From Eledone cirrhosa (lineage: Eukaryota), in assembly GCA_964016885.1 (NCBI GenBank), contig OZ024756.1, positions 3,844,001-3,908,000 on the forward strand: 64,000 nt of DNA, read 5' to 3'. The notes beneath the pieces are model-generated. The model ran no database searches, was not told where the DNA came from, and saw only the letters and a program-made list of their open reading frames with translations. The translations under genes were made by a program, and so were the position numbers. Below, piece after piece: positions 57,769 through 64,000 of this stretch (its first letter is position 1; every line of letters starts with the position of its first letter).

Positions 57769-58492
57769 ATATATACAGATACAAGTGTTTATCATTGTCT
57801 CTATTTCACTCTCATTCGCATTTCTGTATGTGTGTAGATGTATATTGAGAGGGAGAAAGAGAGAGTTATATATATATATTATATATATATATATTATATA
57901 TATATATATATATATATCAGAGGGATGGAGAAATGACCGCGGTAAAATATACAAGGACACCTGCTGCATACAAACATGACAATAAACATTTATTATAGGC
58001 CATGACACATTTTAAATTAAAATTGGTTTCTTAGAGATGAGAGCGAAATGTGTGTATGTATGCATGTATACATATCTGTATTTGTGGTGTGTGTGTGCAT
58101 ACACAATTGTGTGTGTGTGCAGTAGAGTAATCATATACATAGTCACAAACACACGGACAGTAACGATATGTGATTATACAAAACTGTAATTCTGTAATTC
58201 AATCTACGTTGTTCAGAGTTGTTTTATTTTCAGTCCAGAGTATATTATATGACCACTCAGTAAATGTGTGTATTTAGTATCTTGTGAAGACCAAAAACTG
58301 CACATGTCTCTATTTCCTGTATAGAATTCCCTTAGACATAGTAATGCTCCATTGCAACTCTTTCGGTACTTATCGAAGACTGAAAAATACTGGTTAGTTA
58401 CTTAGTTTGTTTTCGTCATCACCATTAATGCCATACAGTAGCACCGCCTTCTATAAGGCTACAAATATATTCTATATGACTGGATTAATAAC

Positions 58493-58872
58493 GATTTCTA
58501 CTATAGGCTCAAGGTCAGCAATGTGCGTGATGGGGAAAAGTCGATTAAATCGACCCTAGTGTGTGACTGGTACTTTATTTTATTGACTCTATAAGGATGA
58601 AAGGCATTGCTTAACCCCGGTGGGGATTTGAACTGAGAAGGTAAAGTGCCATAACTCTATGCTGCCAAGCAAGGTGTCTGACGTTCTACCGAATCTGCCA
58701 ATCTACCACCCTTGACTGAATTAATGACTGGTTTAATAACTGTTTCGACATTTGGCACAAGGCCAGCAATTACCCCAGTACGTTACTGGTACTTTATTTT
58801 ATCGACCCTCTAAGGATGAAAGGCAAAGTTAACCTTGGCGCGATTTGAACTCAACATAAAGGGCCATAACTC
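58493..58872 (-). mobile_element. Two tandem Meta-domain SINEs (58493-58712, 58741-58872)
   Basis: Family motif occurs twice. Confidence 0.8.
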
Positions 58873-59269
58873 TAAGTAGTGTAGCTATTATTGATGATGT
58901 TGCTATTGTTTTCATATTTAGTTTACTATTGACCTTAGGTAGAGGGGCCTGTTAGAAAACTATATTGTTGTTACCATCTCATGCCGTAAAAACTGGCGAT
59001 GGGCCTGCACCCTGTCCTGGGAGATGTGGAATAAACACACAAATATTGTGTATCCTGGGACTTTACTATTGTAGTCTATAATATAAACAGGTATATTTGT
59101 ATGGTGCTTTATTTCATCCTTACGGGGTCGATAAAATAAGGTACCAGTAATACACTGGGGTAATGCTGGCCTTGTGCGACGTTCTAACGACCCCGCCAAT
59201 TCGTGGCCTATAATCACATACATAGACACATATATGAACACATATATACACACAGTTATACATACATAC

Positions 59270-59446
59270 ACGTGGATTCCCGATGTATATCGGGAGGTAC
59301 TCAATAGGTTTAAAACGGTACTCAATACGTTAGTAGAGTATAAGCATATTTATTATAGAAATGACTTCTACAGGACTAAAACTATTTCATTCGTAAGAAA
59401 TCTGACGATTTGTGACGAATTAAACAGTTTTAGTATGTAGAAGTCA

Positions 59447-59448
<2 letters not shown>
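59270..59448 (-). mobile_element. PLE-like fold-back remnant (family of 8876)
   Basis: aatgacttctacaggactaaaactatttcattcg hairpin; tail stem-loop 59320-59339. Confidence 0.6.
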
Positions 59449-59523
<75 letters not shown>

Positions 59524-59570
59524 GACGTAAATAAGAAAGTTATGAAAATTGACTTACTTACTAAAATTTC

Positions 59571-59649
59571 ACTCCAACTAATTAGTTTCTGTAAGGGGAT
59601 AAATATAGTTACGTAATAACTATAGAGAAGCCTTACGTCATCAGGGAGT
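59571..59649 (-). ncRNA. Type I hammerhead ribozyme
   Basis: actcc-CTGATGA-c-gtaagg...ccttac-a-GAA-ACTAATTAGT-T-ggagt. Confidence 0.8.
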
Positions 59650-60010
59650 CTATTCTCAGCTAAGTTTCCAGGCAATGCGGGGACACTGGGAACTTATATA
59701 AAAATAATTCAGTGGATGGAAAAAGCCATTGAAATGTGGATTCCAAGCCATTGAAAAATTCACTGCCTTCTTGGTCAAGTGGCAAATATATATATATATA
59801 TATATATATAAAGGGATAACAAAATGTCGTTATAGTTAATCCAGTTAGAGGTTGTGAATACTTCTTATTATGGATAGTTTTAGCGTACGGCGTTGTTTGA
59901 ATCAGCAAGAGGTTTACGTAGATGGCGAGTTTAATCAGAGAAACAATTGTCAGACTGTAAATAAATTCCCCTTTTTTGTACTGTTGACCATGTTATTCTT
60001 CACATTTTTT

Positions 60011-60091
<81 letters not shown>

Positions 60092-60300
60092 CAGTAATAT
60101 TACCGACCAGGTAATGTAGGTTCATCAGAGTGAGCACTTAATGCATACTTTCCAGTAGGTATAATGGTGTTATACTAAGCAATGCAATAATAAAAGAACG
60201 AGTTAGATCTTCATTACATTTCTTGGCGTGACGCACGTTTCGCGATTGATCAACTCAAGGCTCAATCCGAAATCAAAAGTACGTCGGATTTCTGTTAGGT

Positions 60301-60478
60301 TTGGCAGTATCGGTAGAGCGTCAGACACCTTGCTTTTCAGCATAGAGTTATGGCTCTTTACGTTCTGGGTTCAAATCCACCGAGGTTAACTTTGCCTTTC
60401 ATCCTTATGGGGTCGATGAAATAAAGTACCAGTCACGCACTGGGATAATGGCTGGCCTTGTGCCAAAAGAAGAAACAT
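60301..60478 (+). mobile_element. Meta-domain SINE
   Basis: Family match. Confidence 0.85.
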
Positions 60479-60511
<33 letters not shown>

Positions 60512-60530
60512 ATATATATATATATATGTG

Positions 60531-60561
<31 letters not shown>

Positions 60562-60572
60562 ATATATATATA

Positions 60573-60614
<42 letters not shown>

Positions 60615-61225
60615 CATTGTATATATTATTCAGTTCTTCCAGTAAATATGAAACTAGCTTACAAAATAAAATTAAAGTCCATGTCAGACTTACTAGAAAT
60701 AACAGTCAAGGTACTCTCAAATCACACACTTCCTTTAAAAACCAAAAACAAAACAAAACAAAAGACAAACGGACGGATCAAACTGGATAATAGATCCCAA
60801 AGAAAATGGCGTCCATGATTGCAATGTCTTCATCCAGCGTTGACCTAAACAGGAATAACAACAACAATAACAAGAACAGCCTTCATTGTTTTGTGTTTTA
60901 CTCTGTATATTGTATATATATTATCTTTTCAGAGTTCCGCTACAATTCTCACTGTTCTTCACTCCTCCTCCACCTTCATATATACACATTCCTCCCCCAC
61001 CTTCTGTTGCCCCCCCCCTCCATATTATCTTAAATATATACACGTTAATATTCTTTACGCTGCTCACTCAATCTTCAGCTTATTTTATTCGACCGCATAA
61101 TTAGTGTAGGTTATTTTAGTAAGACTTGGTTCAATGCAATTTTTTTGTTTTGCTTCATTAAATTGATGGTCTCTGGTCGTATTGGTTACATTTTCTTGTA
61201 CTTACTGGTGCTGATAACGATGGCA

Positions 61226-61257
<32 letters not shown>

Positions 61258-61432
61258 GGTGATGATGGCGATGGTGGTGATGGTGGTGATGATGATGGCG
61301 GTGCCGAGAAGGATTTAGATCTTGAGTTGTTGTTTTTTTTTTTTCCTTATCTTTACAGCCTGTTGCTGAATGTTATTTGAAATAACAGTAAAAAATGTTT
61401 TGTGATTGTATGTTCACATATACATTTACATC

Positions 61433-61521
<89 letters not shown>

Positions 61522-61736
61522 CACATATTTATGTATGTGTATATATACGTAGATATTAAATTTAAGAGCACAAGTTTATACATACATATATATATGTATT
61601 TATATATGCATATTCCAAGAAACACACGCACATGCCTACAGGGAGGGCTTTCTGTGTGAAATTTGACGCATGGAGTCCTCAATCTTCAAACTTATTTCTA
61701 CACATTTGTGGCGTTTCAATGATCATTATCGATGAA

Positions 61737-61955
61737 GGCGATGAATTGAGTATCGATAGAGCGTCGGACAACTTTCTTTGCGTCATATAGTTACGTCCCA
61801 TTACATTCTGAATTCAAATCCCGTCGTGGTTAGCTTTGACTTTCATCCGTACATGCTCGTTAAAGTAAAATACCAGTAACGCACTGGGGTTGATTTAATC
61901 GACTTTCTCCCCCACCCCCAAGAAATTATTGGTCTTCTTCCTAAAACCATCATTA
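61737..61955 (+). mobile_element. Meta-domain SINE, diverged
   Basis: Family match. Confidence 0.7.
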
Positions 61956-62395
61956 TTATTATTATTATTAATGTTATCTTTAATAATGGGAAAACAGTAG
62001 GTATAATGTTCCCTTTCACTTTACTCATTGTAAACCCTACTCTTATTTTTTCGGTCTTGTATTCCCCCCTCCAAAATCATGGGACATTGTGACTAATAAA
62101 AAAAATCATAATCGATGGTGGAGATTGATCGATTTTTGATATAACATCTCTCTAGTTTTACGGTAACCATTAACGATGGTATCCTGACGTATTTGCTCTT
62201 GAGCGGGGCAGTTTTATTATGCCCCCACTTGCATCCTGGTTCCATCTAACTGCATGCCACCTTGCACCAGTGTCTTCTATAATATTCTTCGGACAACCTA
62301 AGTCTTGTGGTTAGAATACTACAGAGCAAGACATCTCTGGTGCCCATATAATATACACACGCACACACACATCTCTAACCAACCTATATATATAT

Positions 62396-62565
62396 AGGGA
62401 GCCCTACATGGACACACTAGAAGAGGAAGACCAAGGTTAACGTATGTTGATGCCCTAAGGACAGACACTGGTCTATTGGAGACGCAGGACATGGCAGCGA
62501 TAATGAGGGACAGAGACCGCTGGAGAGAACTCGTCCATGGATCTCGGGAATTTTACCCGCCTTAG
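62396..62565 (+). mobile_element. 5'-truncated RTE LINE 3' end
   Basis: Near-identical to about 8628-8797. Confidence 0.85.
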
Positions 62566-62854
62566 AAATAGAAAGAAAAAAAAAAATATATATATGAATA
62601 AATTTAGTCCTTCATCAGTGATCTTCCAACCTTCATTGGTATTTCATCGCTTTAAAGACCATATACCTCCGGTTGGTGCGAGCAACGGCTAAAGAAAGCC
62701 TTTGGGACACGTAAATAGGGGGAACGAGCGAGACAGTAAAGAATATATATATATAAAACATAAATTTAAATAATATTGAAAACCAAATAAAACGATAAAA
62801 AGAAAATTAAATCGCTAAGATAACAAAAGAATCTTTCCTTAGCAAATTTAATGA

Positions 62855-62894
62855 TCCCTAATATTTTCGGGTTTAAAAACCCATTATCATGGGA
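62855..62894 (-). ncRNA. Minimal hammerhead, A3/A8 core (probably decayed U3-A8)
   Basis: tccc-ATGATAA-t-gggttt/aaaccc-GAA-AATATT-A-ggga; decayed inverted copy at 62962-62990 (TTTATAA). Confidence 0.6.
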
Positions 62895-63019
62895 GTAACC
62901 ACACGAGTCTTAAAAATCAATCGGAGTTGACTTGCTTGTTTGGAGAGCAGATTTAAGTTAATTTATAATGGGTTTGTAAACCCGAAAAATGTTTGTGATA
63001 ATTTAATTTTCTAGCACTG

Positions 63020-63099
<80 letters not shown>

Positions 63100-63103
63100 A
63101 TAT

Positions 63104-63290
63104 CATGTTTAATAGAAATGGCTTCTACATGACTAGAATTGTTTCATTAAAAAGAAATCCCTCATAATTTCGTTTGAATGAAACGATTCTAGTCATGTAG
63201 ATGCCATTCCTATATGAAACATCTTTACACTCTACTAATGTATTGAGTACCTTACTAACTGTGGTTACCCCGAATCGAACTCGGGAATCA
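63104..63290 (+). mobile_element. PLE-like fold-back remnant (family of 8876)
   Basis: Hairpin 63104-63222, tail stem-loop 63229-63248. Confidence 0.65.
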
Positions 63291-63316
63291 CACACACATA
63301 CACATATTTATATATA

Positions 63317-63435
63317 TGAGTGAGTACCAGCAGTAGCTGGGAAGTTAATCCTGCGATAGGCCGGTTCCTTATCCAGGGAGAGCCTTGTACTCTGTCGCTT
63401 AACGTCAATGAAACCTGGGATAAACTTCGGCTTAG
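63317..63435 (+). mobile_element. V-domain SINE-like fragment
   Basis: gagtaccagc..gctggg..aatcctgcgat...atccaggg...gtcgct...gaaacc.gggataa resembles the V-SINE central domain (recalled). Confidence 0.5.
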
Positions 63436-63917
63436 AAAAGATGTCATAAGGAAAATTGTTCAGGTAAATGATGTCTCTTCTTGCTTAATAACGTTTGAAA
63501 CCCTCACAAAAATCACCTTGTTCTATTTGCTCCCATGTTACAGCGATTACCTATGGTCTACTTAGATTCCCAGTCTTCTTTAAGGTCGATAAATTGCGAA
63601 TCAAAATTACGAGGGTCAACCACTGAATGTTGTGAGGGTAGTGAGTGTTCTAACATGACCGCCTACTAATGGCTGAAAACATGAGAGAATAATAACAATA
63701 AGAAGAAGAATAAAACAAAGTGTGTAGGTGTGGAGAGACAGACAAGCAGGCAGACGAACAAATAGTTTGTTTTTAATCATTGTAACATTGTAGATAGAGG
63801 AGAAAGATTTATAGAAATATAGTTAGCGATATAGACAGGCATATAAATAGATCGAGAGAGGGTGAGTGATGTGAATATATATATATATATATATATACCT
63901 ACAAACAGACAGACAGA

Positions 63918-63967
<50 letters not shown>

Positions 63968-64000
63968 GAAAGGTCTTTATATGTCTTACAGCTCAGTAGC

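Noticed and set aside
58234-58392. Plus-strand acceptor/donor pair suggesting an exon
   Set aside because: Stop codons in all three frames
60100-60130. Minus-strand CTGATGA with a hairpin
   Set aside because: No GAAA/NUH before the (TA)n run

Overview
Repeat-dominated eukaryotic DNA. The SINE/LINE families and the microsatellite load resemble an octopus or other coleoid cephalopod; this is inference, no search was run. No host protein-coding gene can be called confidently, and nearly all listed ORFs are microsatellite artefacts. The window holds two CR1-group LINE copies (one 2.5 kb with EN and RT), RTE and L1/Tx1 LINE fragments, a bipartite non-autonomous RTE derivative, Meta-, CORE- and V-domain SINEs, Tc1/mariner-type MITEs, a tRNA-Ser pseudogene, several minisatellites and kilobase (TA)n-derived arrays. 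The main signal is a dense set of short Penelope-like (PLE) 3'-end remnants inserted in (TA)n. I read about 13 type I hammerhead ribozymes with a complete or compensated core, plus about a dozen degenerate ones, from many sequence-unrelated families, often in fold-back arrangement. One copy keeps the C-terminus of a PLE-type ORF. Many of these unrelated families also share a second covarying RNA stem-loop (RCUC-Y-stem...stem-RUH-GAGY, a 1x3 internal loop). It lies just 3' of the point where the inverted copy joins the (TA)n target, which makes it a candidate cis element for internal, template-boundary-like initiation of reverse transcription.
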